This document shows, piece by piece, positions 8,510-17,659 of a stretch of 64,000 nt of DNA (the stretch's first letter is position 1; every line of letters begins with the position of its first letter). The position numbers and the translations under genes are program-made. This DNA is from an uncultured archaeon (lineage in GTDB: Archaea; Thermoproteota; EX4484-205; JAAOZP01), in the NCBI GenBank assembly GCA_938045545.1, contig CALIBN010000017.1:32001-96000 (forward strand), written 5' to 3'. The notes under the pieces are model-generated. The model made no database searches. It saw nothing but the letters and a program-made list of their open reading frames with translations, and was not told the origin of the DNA.

Positions 8510-11500
8510 TCAGTACACGGGTCCAACGGAAACTATTGAAGGTGCATACTGGTTTAGAAACATCCTGTAATACATGAGGCATTCTTCAACAGCATTCTTA
8601 ACGGATCCGACTACCGTACGCTTGTAAACATCACCGCCTACGACAACGCTGAAGGACTTGTAAAGGATGAGAGTGGCTCCAGAATATATTTCAAGCCTAG
8701 CGTTCCTAACTATGGGCTTAGTGATCACGTTCAGGCTGGCGACGCCTCTAGAGTTAGCCGTGGCGCTGGCTACAGTGACGTTGCTTCCATCCTTAAGGAC
8801 GACGGTCCAACCCGGCGTGAGTCCTGTTATGTTCACAAACCTAGGGTCAGCGTCAATTGATGCGACGAAATCGTCAAACCTTGCCTCCAGAGAACCGTAA
8901 CCGGTTTTCTCATCGTATACACTGAGGCCGAATTGGCTGGTCCAGATGGATGCGTTGGTGTTAGCAGTTAAAGGATTCCCTACGCGTGTCCCGCCAGTAT
9001 TATACACGGTCAGTGTCATTACCCCAGTGTTAACATTCCTGCTTCCAAGAGAGATGAACCAGGTTCCAGTTGATAAACTGCTTGAAACACGGTTAGCGTA
9101 GTTCCAATTTGTCCCATCATAATACCATACTCCAAGGCGTTTACTCGGGTCGTGGTAAAATTCTAAAGTGTAGAAACTGTTTTCCGAGTTGATCATCGTT
9201 AAGCCAGCTCCCTGCCTGCCTGACTGTCCGCCGCTGGAAATCCTGTTGTACCATTCTTTCGAAAGCACGTAAATTGTTCCGGCTGTAGGCGGCGTGTTGT
9301 TAGAGTAATACGCGACATGCGCTCCTCCCCAGCTTCCGGAGGGGCCGTCGGCGGTAACCCGTATGTAGCCAGCCGGGTCCCAGCTCCAAGCGTTCGTGTT
9401 TGTGGTGAGCCTCCCAGATAACGGGTCAGTGGAGAAATCATCGTATATTAAAGCGTTCCTCTTCACCAGCTCAAGCTCTCCTGCAACTGTGCCGCTTGTG
9501 CTCTCCACGGTGGCGAATGGGAGTGCGTTACGGTCAGTCCCATTATACCATAGGCTCGCGTTGACAAACGGGTTTGCTGCCCTAGCACCCTCAGTCAGGA
9601 AACCAGCCACTTTGAACATTATCCTGTTCGCTGGATCAGTGTAATACACGTCGTTTGTAGCTCCTCTCCTCCAATAGATAGCGTCATACTCCATCACCCT
9701 TCTCTGATAGTCGGCGGTCGTCCAGACCCAGAGCTGGTCCCTTCTAATGCCGCCTATGAAGTAGCTTCTAAGCTCGTCGATGAAGTCTTCAGATGCGAAA
9801 ATCGCCATGCCCGCGTACTCATTGTAAACCACGGTCCAATTCCCGTACGCCTGCGCGGAAGGCCTGTTGGCAGGGCTATTATTCCTGTCCCTATGCATGA
9901 TGTTTCTTATGTTTGAGTACGTGCCGTTGACGATGCTCGGGTTTGCCACGGAGGTTGCGAGTGAACCCCATTGGACTCTCAAGGGGCTTCCTGCATCAGT
10001 ATCGGTCCCTCCTATCATCCCCATTAGAGACATGTAGGCATAATCCATGCGGACGCTTCTAAGCCATGTCGCGTTAGCCACGTATAGGAAGTATGAAACA
10101 TTGTAAGGAATATAGAGAAGAGTCTCGTAATGCATCTCGTCAAAGCTCACCGGCCCAATCGGAGGAGTTTCCTGCGTCCTGTTAGACTTTCTAAACGCCA
10201 CCAGCCTAACAGGGGCCTCAGCCACCAGACTACCGCCCTTGTCCACCGGCTTAGGAAGTATAGTCCAGTCGTCAGCTGGAACCTTCCTCGGGAACCACCA
10301 TCCACCACCCATCCGGTAAACATCGTAGCCTAGAAGGACGTATTCAACATGCGTCCCGCTCCTTGGGTCGAGGAGGCTTATCGACCAGTCCACCCAGTAG
10401 CTCGTCGGCCTAGCCACCAGTGTTAAAACGTATTTCCCGTTGTGGACGGTGGCGAACGTGGCGTTAAGAGTCATGTGGAGACGGTACTCCGGCGGTGTGG
10501 CGTCAGCATCCTCAAGCCATGTCAGCCTAACCCTCTGCAGCCTGCATCCCGGCGGATAGTTCAGCTCGAAAACAAGCTTGGAGCCATTCATAATCCTCCT
10601 CCTCCAGTCTAGGAACTGCTCGCTGTTTGGCCAGAGATACCTCTCGTCCCAAACCTCAGTCTGATAGGGTACTTCTTCGAAGGCAGGATCGTAACCTGTG
10701 CTGGAAGGATCCCCGTTTTTCGTCGCCATAACCCTCACCTGTTTAACTGGCGGAAGCGGGATCGGGGGATTCTCGGTTTGAGACGAGAGCCTAGTGTTAT
10801 ACCAGTACATCGTCCCGTTGGGGATGAGCTCGAAAACATAAGTCTCCTTAATCTTAGACGGGTCCCCAGGGTAAAACGGCTCGACAGCGTTCTCACGTAT
10901 AGCGTACTCTATGCCTGAGTAGCTGTATGATTCGACGATTATCCCCCTGTTGTCCTGAACCCTGACGAGGACAAACTGGTAGTAGCCGGGCTGGTGCGGC
11001 GGGTTACCCTGCTCGGGCTCCCACCTCCAGAAGAGCCTGACGTTGCTACTGGTAGGGTCGTGGAAGCTCGGCGTTACTCTTATCGTGTAGTTTCCCCCGC
11101 CGTTGTAAGTCAGAGTCATTGAATCGGCGCTCATCCTCCTCCAGCAGTATACTCCCGGCGGCACAGTCGGGTCGAACAAGTATATTTCGAAGTTTCCAAG
11201 CTTAAGGTCGTTCACGGGGACCCCGTTTTCTCTAAGCACCGTCACGTATAGCTCAACGTAATTATTTCTCTCGTAGGGAACTATCGAGGTTATCGTGAGG
11301 TTTAGGAGGACGATGTGCGTAGCCCTCCAGCCGACAACTCCCTGGAAAGTTGCGTCTACGCTTATTTCCGCGCCTATGGCTGAAATACTGTTAGGCCTGT
11401 ACCAGAAGAGTTTGAAAAGCCTGTCCTGTAGCCTTCTCTCAGCGTAGTTGAACACGCGGTCAATAGGGTTGCTCGGATACCCCCGGTGATCCAGCCCGTA

Positions 11501-11884
11501 GACGGTGAGGGTAATGCTTTTAGCCTCCTGAATAGGCTCGTCAACCCATTCGGTCTGAATGTTCAAACCCTTACCTGTGTACGCTGCCTGAGTTGAAACA
11601 ACCCAGTATGAGAAAGTCAGGTTCGCAACCCTCCTCGGGAAATCCATCTCGGAAGTCATGTTGTAGGTCGACGTGGCGTTAGCAAGAATCCTCGTAAGAA
11701 CCCTGTTGAAGTCGGAGTCTATGCTCATCACTATCTCCCTGCTCGGGTTATAGTTGAAGAATAAGTGTTGAGTCGAGGTCAAGTATATCACTGTTGAAAC
11801 AAGCAGGATGATCGTTAACAGAGTGATGCTCATCACAAGTATGACCTGCCCACTCCTCCAGCCATGGGTTTTCATCATCACCAC
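8510..11884 (-). CDS. Very large pilin-signal surface protein (putative tip adhesin/minor pilin), 1124 aa
   Basis: Class III signal RSG|QVILVMSITLL, many NxS/T sequons, beta-rich; last gene of the pilus operon. Confidence 0.75.
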   Translation of the reverse strand: MVMMKTHGWRSGQVILVMSITLLTIILLVSTVIYLTSTQHLFFNYNPSREIVMSIDSDFNRVLTRILANATSTYNMTSEMDFPRRVANLTFSYWVVSTQAAYTGKGLNIQTEWVDEPIQEAKSITLTVYGLDHRGYPSNPIDRVFNYAERRLQDRLFKLFWYRPNSISAIGAEISVDATFQGVVGWRATHIVLLNLTITSIVPYERNNYVELYVTVLRENGVPVNDLKLGNFEIYLFDPTVPPGVYCWRRMSADSMTLTYNGGGNYTIRVTPSFHDPTSSNVRLFWRWEPEQGNPPHQPGYYQFVLVRVQDNRGIIVESYSYSGIEYAIRENAVEPFYPGDPSKIKETYVFELIPNGTMYWYNTRLSSQTENPPIPLPPVKQVRVMATKNGDPSSTGYDPAFEEVPYQTEVWDERYLWPNSEQFLDWRRRIMNGSKLVFELNYPPGCRLQRVRLTWLEDADATPPEYRLHMTLNATFATVHNGKYVLTLVARPTSYWVDWSISLLDPRSGTHVEYVLLGYDVYRMGGGWWFPRKVPADDWTILPKPVDKGGSLVAEAPVRLVAFRKSNRTQETPPIGPVSFDEMHYETLLYIPYNVSYFLYVANATWLRSVRMDYAYMSLMGMIGGTDTDAGSPLRVQWGSLATSVANPSIVNGTYSNIRNIMHRDRNNSPANRPSAQAYGNWTVVYNEYAGMAIFASEDFIDELRSYFIGGIRRDQLWVWTTADYQRRVMEYDAIYWRRGATNDVYYTDPANRIMFKVAGFLTEGARAANPFVNASLWYNGTDRNALPFATVESTSGTVAGELELVKRNALIYDDFSTDPLSGRLTTNTNAWSWDPAGYIRVTADGPSGSWGGAHVAYYSNNTPPTAGTIYVLSKEWYNRISSGGQSGRQGAGLTMINSENSFYTLEFYHDPSKRLGVWYYDGTNWNYANRVSSSLSTGTWFISLGSRNVNTGVMTLTVYNTGGTRVGNPLTANTNASIWTSQFGLSVYDEKTGYGSLEARFDDFVASIDADPRFVNITGLTPGWTVVLKDGSNVTVASATANSRGVASLNVITKPIVRNARLEIYSGATLILYKSFSVVVGGDVYKRTVVGSVKNAVEECLMYYRMFLNQYAPSIVSVGPVY

Positions 11885-12363
11885 CTCTTAGCCAGCTCCA
11901 GGTGAATCTTCAAAACCCACCTCCTCCTTGTCGTGTAGGTTATGTCTGCTCCAGCAGCATCCTTGGCAAGCTTGAAGTCATCCGGCGAAGCGTTGGAGAT
12001 GCTTTCTCCAAGCGGCTCAACCTCAACGATATCACCCTTCTGACTCATGTTGTAGACAGTCATGTTATATAGGGTGTTCGCCGGTAGAAGAGCGTTTAAA
12101 ACGTTCTTCATCAAACCCTCCCATCCTTGCCTAACTCCGGTGGAGTTGAAAATCACCTCGTCGTAAACCTCCCTGTCAGCCAGGCTCATCAGAAAATCGT
12201 AGCAGTATTTCTCAGCCTCGCTCTTAACCTTGGCGCTGTATGGGTCTGGGCTCTTAGTCAGGTTTATCATGCTCCACATCGCGACTGCGATTATCCCGCT
12301 CGCGAGAAGCGCCTCGACAATCCTCATCTGACCCCTGGAGTCGATCATTCTCCCCACCTCCAA
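11878..12363 (-). CDS. Minor pilin-like protein
   Basis: Class III signal SRG|QMRIVEALLA plus hydrophobic helix. Confidence 0.75.
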   Translation of the reverse strand: MEVGRMIDSRGQMRIVEALLASGIIAVAMWSMINLTKSPDPYSAKVKSEAEKYCYDFLMSLADREVYDEVIFNSTGVRQGWEGLMKNVLNALLPANTLYNMTVYNMSQKGDIVEVEPLGESISNASPDDFKLAKDAAGADITYTTRRRWVLKIHLELAKRW

Positions 12364-13517
12364 ACCCTGACTTCGAAAACATAGTGGAAGGAGCCTATCT
12401 TAACCATCCTTCTCAGCACGCTAGTCTTAATATTACCCTGAACTTTGCCGAGTTGGCAGCCAGCATCAAGCGGAGGCCTGTAGAAAGCAACTATCCGGGC
12501 ATGGGGCCACCCTTCCTTCTTAACCGGAAGCAATATGAATACAACATCGTCGTCAATCGGCCCAGTAACATTAAAAACCCTGTGGTTGAAAGCACCTCTG
12601 TTAATCACCCAGCCTGCTTCTCCCGGATTATAGCCTGCTTCTACAACCGGGCTAAAGTAAACATAGTATGGAGGGTCCGCCATGCCAACTATACGCAGCA
12701 AATGCGGTGCACCCATGACCTCAGCTGCCTCTAAATCATAATCCACTATGAGATGGTTGCCTATGATCGTACCCTTCAACGCATCAGTATCATCACCTAA
12801 TACTGTTGAGTTTATAGCTCTTATTCCATAGTATTCAGCATACACTACTGCTGCAGGAATAGGTTTAAAACCAGCTTCAACTGGCTTCTCGAAAACTATT
12901 GTTGGTGTCTTACCATCCCAACCGGTAATGGTAGTCACACAGGTGTAGTTTGGCGAATAAACAGTTTGTTTTTTGACCATCATGAAAATATAGAGAACGG
13001 TCACATTGGCACCTATCGCTGGTCTTCCATCTGAAGTCTTTACAGACACATCTACAGTACTGATGAATTTATTTCCCTGCGTATTTTGAGTTGCATGAAT
13101 ACTTACATTGAGTGCCGGTCTTATTCTCATACTGAAGCCATATGTGCTTCCTAACCCGAGCAGTTCAGCTATCCGAAAATAGTTTATTCTAACCGTTGAG
13201 GGAAGTTGGTAATTCCCCACATTAACTATTCTCAAAATCTTATTTATGTCAAGCTCGTACATGAAGCCTCCTGCTTTCTGAAGCCCGAAGCCGTAAAGCT
13301 GACTGCTGTTCTCCACCACAAGTATGTCGCCCCAGTCCTCAGGTATTCCAGGGCTGAGTAGAACCTTATCCATGATTGCTTGAGCAACCTCCTCAAGCTG
13401 GTGCTCCCTGACCATTGTGAAAGAGAGGTATGCGGTTGGAATAATGTATCCCATGAAGGTTACTAGTATCAGCAGGAGGACGAGGAAGGCGAACATGTTG
13501 TCCAGCGTGACGTGCAT
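12345..13517 (-). CDS. Pilus-associated secreted/membrane-anchored protein
   Basis: N-terminal hydrophobic helix, SPGIPEDWG motif, operon position. Confidence 0.65.
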   Translation of the reverse strand: MHVTLDNMFAFLVLLLILVTFMGYIIPTAYLSFTMVREHQLEEVAQAIMDKVLLSPGIPEDWGDILVVENSSQLYGFGLQKAGGFMYELDINKILRIVNVGNYQLPSTVRINYFRIAELLGLGSTYGFSMRIRPALNVSIHATQNTQGNKFISTVDVSVKTSDGRPAIGANVTVLYIFMMVKKQTVYSPNYTCVTTITGWDGKTPTIVFEKPVEAGFKPIPAAVVYAEYYGIRAINSTVLGDDTDALKGTIIGNHLIVDYDLEAAEVMGAPHLLRIVGMADPPYYVYFSPVVEAGYNPGEAGWVINRGAFNHRVFNVTGPIDDDVVFILLPVKKEGWPHARIVAFYRPPLDAGCQLGKVQGNIKTSVLRRMVKIGSFHYVFEVRVWRWGE

Positions 13518-13520
13518 TAA

Positions 13521-14045
13521 TCACCCTCCTCCACTGTTCCCAACCCAGCCTAGTCCAACCGTTATTGAACCATCTATCCTCCTAGCCCAGACGACAGCGT
13601 TCCTCTTGCCGGAGTGGAGGACACCGTTGTAATTCACCGTGTAGGATCCTACTGAGAAGGAGCCCGAGCCTGTTTCGACGAAGACTTCGCCGCCAGGCTC
13701 TCTCCACAATGGTGAGGAGGCGTTTACCGCCCTGTTGCTCTCGAGATACGCGACGACATGCCAAACCCCTTGAATCTGTCTAAACTCTATCGCGTAGCCC
13801 TGCTCCGACACTGAGGCGGGGATGCTTATCGGCTTGAAAAGGTCAACGTTGTTCCTCGGCTTCTGACACATCGCGTAGAGACCGGTTACCTCTGAAGCAA
13901 CCTGGTTAGCTATCTCGCCAAGCCTAACCCTGAGGGAGTCCACCATTACCCACTGGTAAAGTACTGAAAGCATCAACAGGGATATCAGCAGGACGCCGTA
14001 GAAGGCTGTCGTCAGGATAACTGTTTCAAAAGGCGTGGAAGGCAT
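13521..14045 (-). CDS. Pilus-associated minor pilin-like protein
   Basis: N-terminal hydrophobic helix followed by LGEIANQVASEV and IPASV...YAIE; operon position. Confidence 0.6.
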   Translation of the reverse strand: MPSTPFETVILTTAFYGVLLISLLMLSVLYQWVMVDSLRVRLGEIANQVASEVTGLYAMCQKPRNNVDLFKPISIPASVSEQGYAIEFRQIQGVWHVVAYLESNRAVNASSPLWREPGGEVFVETGSGSFSVGSYTVNYNGVLHSGKRNAVVWARRIDGSITVGLGWVGNSGGG

Positions 14046-14047
14046 CT

Positions 14048-14875
14048 TTAACCACCTATTGACAGCTCTACGTCGACGATGTTCAGGAATATTATCGTTC
14101 CGTTACCCCCCTGGTCTGGAACACTGTAGTTCTTTAAATAGGGGCCTCTTTCAACACTCACCGTGATGCTCGTCGAATCGGGAAGCCTTATTACCCTGGT
14201 GGTCACGTTAGTAACTCTGGCGCAAACATTGTAAACATTGGTTCCGCTGAAAGTCCCGTAGACAATCCTGACGTAGGTTACCTCAACAACGTTAACAGGC
14301 TCCCAGTTCAGCCCATTGTCCCTCGTAACTCTTATTGTGCCTGAGGGCACAACCCTGACCCTTCCGAAATCCATTATGACCCACGCCCCCTGTTCACGCT
14401 TCAAGTACACCCATCCGAGTGGAGCCGATTCATCCGGGCTGACTATAAGGTGGTCCGTCGGAAGAGCATTGGGAATCCCTTTGAGAACCTGGTAGTCGAG
14501 CGAGGATACGCCACCCCCTCCCCTGAACTTAGGCAGGTTAACAATGTCCTCGAAGACCTCCAAGGAAGCCCCGCTCTCGTCGCTAATAGTTATCTTCAGC
14601 CGCTCAGCGCCGCGTGTGAGAGAGAGCCCCCCGCTGCTCACTGCAAACCTCACGTATCCCGCTTCACCCTTAACAAGGCTCATGCCCTCTATCATCTGCG
14701 CGAGGCTGATCATGCTCGCCTTACCGTTTTCAAACTCCGTTGCCTGAGCCTGCATCGAAAGGTTGAGCTGGGCGAAGAAGACTCCTCCCACAATCATTCC
14801 TAGCGTCACGGTGACGAGCATGACTGTCGCCACAACCTCTGAGACACCCTTATCGTCCAGCCTGACCCTAGCCAA
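14048..14875 (-). CDS. Archaeal minor pilin (class III signal)
   Basis: DDKG|VSEVVATVMLV; TTG start at 14875 overlaps the stop of the upstream platform gene. Confidence 0.8.
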   Translation of the reverse strand: MARVRLDDKGVSEVVATVMLVTVTLGMIVGGVFFAQLNLSMQAQATEFENGKASMISLAQMIEGMSLVKGEAGYVRFAVSSGGLSLTRGAERLKITISDESGASLEVFEDIVNLPKFRGGGGVSSLDYQVLKGIPNALPTDHLIVSPDESAPLGWVYLKREQGAWVIMDFGRVRVVPSGTIRVTRDNGLNWEPVNVVEVTYVRIVYGTFSGTNVYNVCARVTNVTTRVIRLPDSTSITVSVERGPYLKNYSVPDQGGNGTIIFLNIVDVELSIGG

Positions 14876-16700
14876 TGGTGCCACCGCCCGTGGGAACTGG
14901 GGTGAAAGAATAGTATGGGGCGAGCAGTATGGTGGCAAAGGTGAATATTAAGAGCATTAGAGCGTGGAAGAAGCCTGAGGAAACCTCCCCGTATGCAATC
15001 TTACCCCCGACCAGGCCCATCATGTAGACGTGTAGGATGACGGGTGGGAGAAGTAGTTGAACCATGTCTGCGAAAGCCATTGACCGCCCAGCCATGAGAA
15101 GCATCGACCTGAAGAATGTTAAGAGCGCTATGACTGTTACAACCAGCACTCCGGTCCCGATGTACGGTATCATGAGCAGCGGCCTGAGCTCAGACCTCTT
15201 CTCCTTCTCCATCAGTATTATCGACTCGTTGAACCTCGCAAGCGTCTCAAGAGTCTCAGGAGTGCCTCCGCCAACCTCTATGGCGTCGAGAAGGAGGAAC
15301 ATGCTTATCTTCGTAAGCCATGTCCTAACCTTCTTTGAAAACGTCTTATATATTTCAGCGTGGCTTATCCCCCATGAGATCTGCGTGGCCATCGTCTTAA
15401 TATGCCTGGAGAGATTCCCGTAGTTCCTCTCAGAGAGGGATATTATGCATTTCTCAGGGCTTAGCCCAGACTTCCTAATCTCCACAAGATCCCTGAGGAA
15501 GCCTGCGAAACCAACATCCATGCCCCTCTCCTTGAAACTGATGTACATCCTGTAGGCTACCACGGGGATTGAAGAGATAGCCAAGGTTAGGATGAGCCCA
15601 ATAGTGGGCTCGTAGCCACGCTCAAGCTGCAAATACTCTCTCAGCCAGACGATGAAGTTGCTTAGGAGGTTGAAAGGCGGAATATCTCTCAAGCCCGGGG
15701 CTAGGAAGGAGACGCAGAACCCGGGTATGAGCAACGCCATTATGGGAGTAGCCGTGGCGGCGAAAACAATGTAGGGCGAGTTGTCCTCCATCGGGTACTT
15801 CGGCTGAACAATGTCTATGAGCCAGAGGAACATGAGGGAGAAGAAGGGTAGGAAAGCGTAGCTGAACAATACGAATGACAGAATGTTCCCGAATATGCCG
15901 CCGCCGGCGCCGGCTACAAGCTCCCCGATAGACATTTGAACAGCGTAAATAGTGTATATGCCGAGCAGGAGAAGTATCGCGAAGACGATGTAAACCTCCA
16001 TCAGTTGCCCAAGCCTCCCGCCGATGAGCTTAAGGTTCTCAAGCCTCTCCTGGAATAATAGCTCAGTCCTTCGGAGAAGATAGTGGACAACGTCCCCACC
16101 AGTCTTAAGGGTTGAAGCATAGCCTAGGAGAAGCTCCCTGAACTCCTTGGAGGGAAGCTTCTTCCCAATCTCCTCCAGAGCCGTGACAGGGTCGTAGCCC
16201 AGGCCCCTAACCATGATGTCGAGAAGCTTAGCCGTCTCTGAGAAAGTTGGGAGGAGGGGTACGCGTGAAAGCCTCATTATGCTCACGTACGGCGAAATAC
16301 CTCCCGTAGACATAACCGCGGTGTAGGCTGCAGCATAGGGGACCTCTGAGGAGAGGGAAGCCTTAATGCTTGAAATCTTCATCCTGGGCCAAGCTATGCC
16401 GAGTAGGAAGACTATGACTGGGAGACAAAGGAGCAAGATGGGTATGAGGTAGACTTCGCGGAAGCCGAGGTTGACGACGATAATGTCGTAGCTTAGAAAC
16501 AGCACGCTTGACAACGCTACTGAGACGATTGCGGTTATGAACGTTGCCAGGAGAACAGTGGCGCCGTAGGCCCTCGGGTACACTCTTATCCCGGAGGCTT
16601 CAAGGTCGCCGCACATCTTCGCAACACTGTCTCCAAGCGGGCCGAACAGCCATGCGGCGAAGCTCGATATGGACAATACTAAGTATTTTAACCATAACAT
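14868..16700 (-). CDS. Type IV pilus/T2SS-F membrane platform protein (TadC/FlaJ-like, two T2SSF domains)
   Basis: EVPYAAAY..TGGISP, ASTLKTGGD, FLRDLVEIRKSGLSP and AIEVGG motifs; multiple TM helices. Confidence 0.9.
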   Translation of the reverse strand: MLWLKYLVLSISSFAAWLFGPLGDSVAKMCGDLEASGIRVYPRAYGATVLLATFITAIVSVALSSVLFLSYDIIVVNLGFREVYLIPILLLCLPVIVFLLGIAWPRMKISSIKASLSSEVPYAAAYTAVMSTGGISPYVSIMRLSRVPLLPTFSETAKLLDIMVRGLGYDPVTALEEIGKKLPSKEFRELLLGYASTLKTGGDVVHYLLRRTELLFQERLENLKLIGGRLGQLMEVYIVFAILLLLGIYTIYAVQMSIGELVAGAGGGIFGNILSFVLFSYAFLPFFSLMFLWLIDIVQPKYPMEDNSPYIVFAATATPIMALLIPGFCVSFLAPGLRDIPPFNLLSNFIVWLREYLQLERGYEPTIGLILTLAISSIPVVAYRMYISFKERGMDVGFAGFLRDLVEIRKSGLSPEKCIISLSERNYGNLSRHIKTMATQISWGISHAEIYKTFSKKVRTWLTKISMFLLLDAIEVGGGTPETLETLARFNESIILMEKEKRSELRPLLMIPYIGTGVLVVTVIALLTFFRSMLLMAGRSMAFADMVQLLLPPVILHVYMMGLVGGKIAYGEVSSGFFHALMLLIFTFATILLAPYYSFTPVPTGGGTIG

Positions 16701-16864
16701 GTTTCTTATATTCTTTTTCCAGAATTTAAATACCGGTATGAGTGTCTGAAACGTGACAACCAGGGGTGTCGCTTGAATGACGAAAATCGCACTCCGTCAA
16801 TCTAGAGTATAAAGACAAGTCTTTTAAAGCAATGTTATCAAGAGGTTTTTCCAGAGGGTTTTCA

Positions 16865-16915
16865 CAGTTCAGCAGGGTTTAAAACAGTTTAAAACCGTTC
16901 AGCACGGTTTAACAC
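16865..16915. repeat. Imperfect 21-bp direct repeat at 30-bp period in the divergent pilus promoter region
   Basis: cagttcagcagggtttaaaac and ccgttcagcacggtttaacac. Confidence 0.6.
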
Positions 16916-16954
16916 GCCTAATCCGTTAAGCGCTGTAAGTCCTATTTTAACGTT

Positions 16955-17005
16955 AAAAAAATTTAAATACTATCTTTCATACAAGCATAATACGGTAAGA
17001 GGTGA
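16955..17005 (+). promoter_or_regulatory. BRE/TATA promoter and RBS of the major pilin
   Basis: aaaaaaa-tttaaata at 16955-16969; gaggtga at 16999-17005 before ATG 17013. Confidence 0.6.
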
Positions 17006-17012
17006 AACAGGC

Positions 17013-17480
17013 ATGAGAATGCTGAACGACAAAAGGGGCGTAAGCCCAGTGATAACGACAGTAATCATCGTCGCAGTAGGCATAACGATCGCGATAGCGG
17101 TAGCACTGTGGATGACAGGACTCGTCGGTGCTTTCATGGGGTACGAGAAGATTGAGATAAGAAGCACCTTCGCAAACCCGTTACAGGGTGGCGGTTGGGA
17201 TGTAGTAATTACCTACGTGAACACGGGTTCTTCTCCAGCGAAGATAGATAATGTTTTCGTGAACAACATTCCCTACGACCAATGGCAAACCATAGTATGC
17301 AAGCCAGATGTTAAGTCGAATCCGGCTCCAGCTAACATCGGAGAAGAAGGAACAATAACTTTAACTATATCCGACGGTGCTAAATACAGTAATCAAAAGC
17401 TTGTGAGCGGCGTCACTGTGACGATTAAGCTCCACTCGACAGGCGGCAAGGAGTACTTCACGAGCGTGGTCCTCCCTTAA
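17013..17480 (+). CDS. Archaeal type IV major pilin (DUF973/archaellin-like N-terminus)
   Basis: DKRG|VSPVITTVIIVAVGITIAIAV class III signal; NTGSSPAKI motif; has its own promoter and terminator. Confidence 0.9.
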   Translation: MRMLNDKRGVSPVITTVIIVAVGITIAIAVALWMTGLVGAFMGYEKIEIRSTFANPLQGGGWDVVITYVNTGSSPAKIDNVFVNNIPYDQWQTIVCKPDVKSNPAPANIGEEGTITLTISDGAKYSNQKLVSGVTVTIKLHSTGGKEYFTSVVLP

Positions 17481-17485
17481 GATAG

Positions 17486-17517
17486 CCCCTCTCCCCCCTA
17501 CCCCCCGATTTTTTCTC
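17486..17517 (+). terminator. Pyrimidine/T-rich archaeal terminator after the pilin
   Basis: C-rich tract ending in gatttttttctc directly after the stop codon. Confidence 0.5.
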
Positions 17518-17659
17518 GTGTTGTTAAGCCGGTGACCTAGTGTTGGATGTTAAAGGTGGAAACATCTGGGTGTTGCTCCCCGGTTTCTCAGCGGGGGGTT
17601 TGAAAGCTAAAGTGTTTAACAAACTTTATAAAACTCTCCCCCCGTCTAACAATGGTCAA

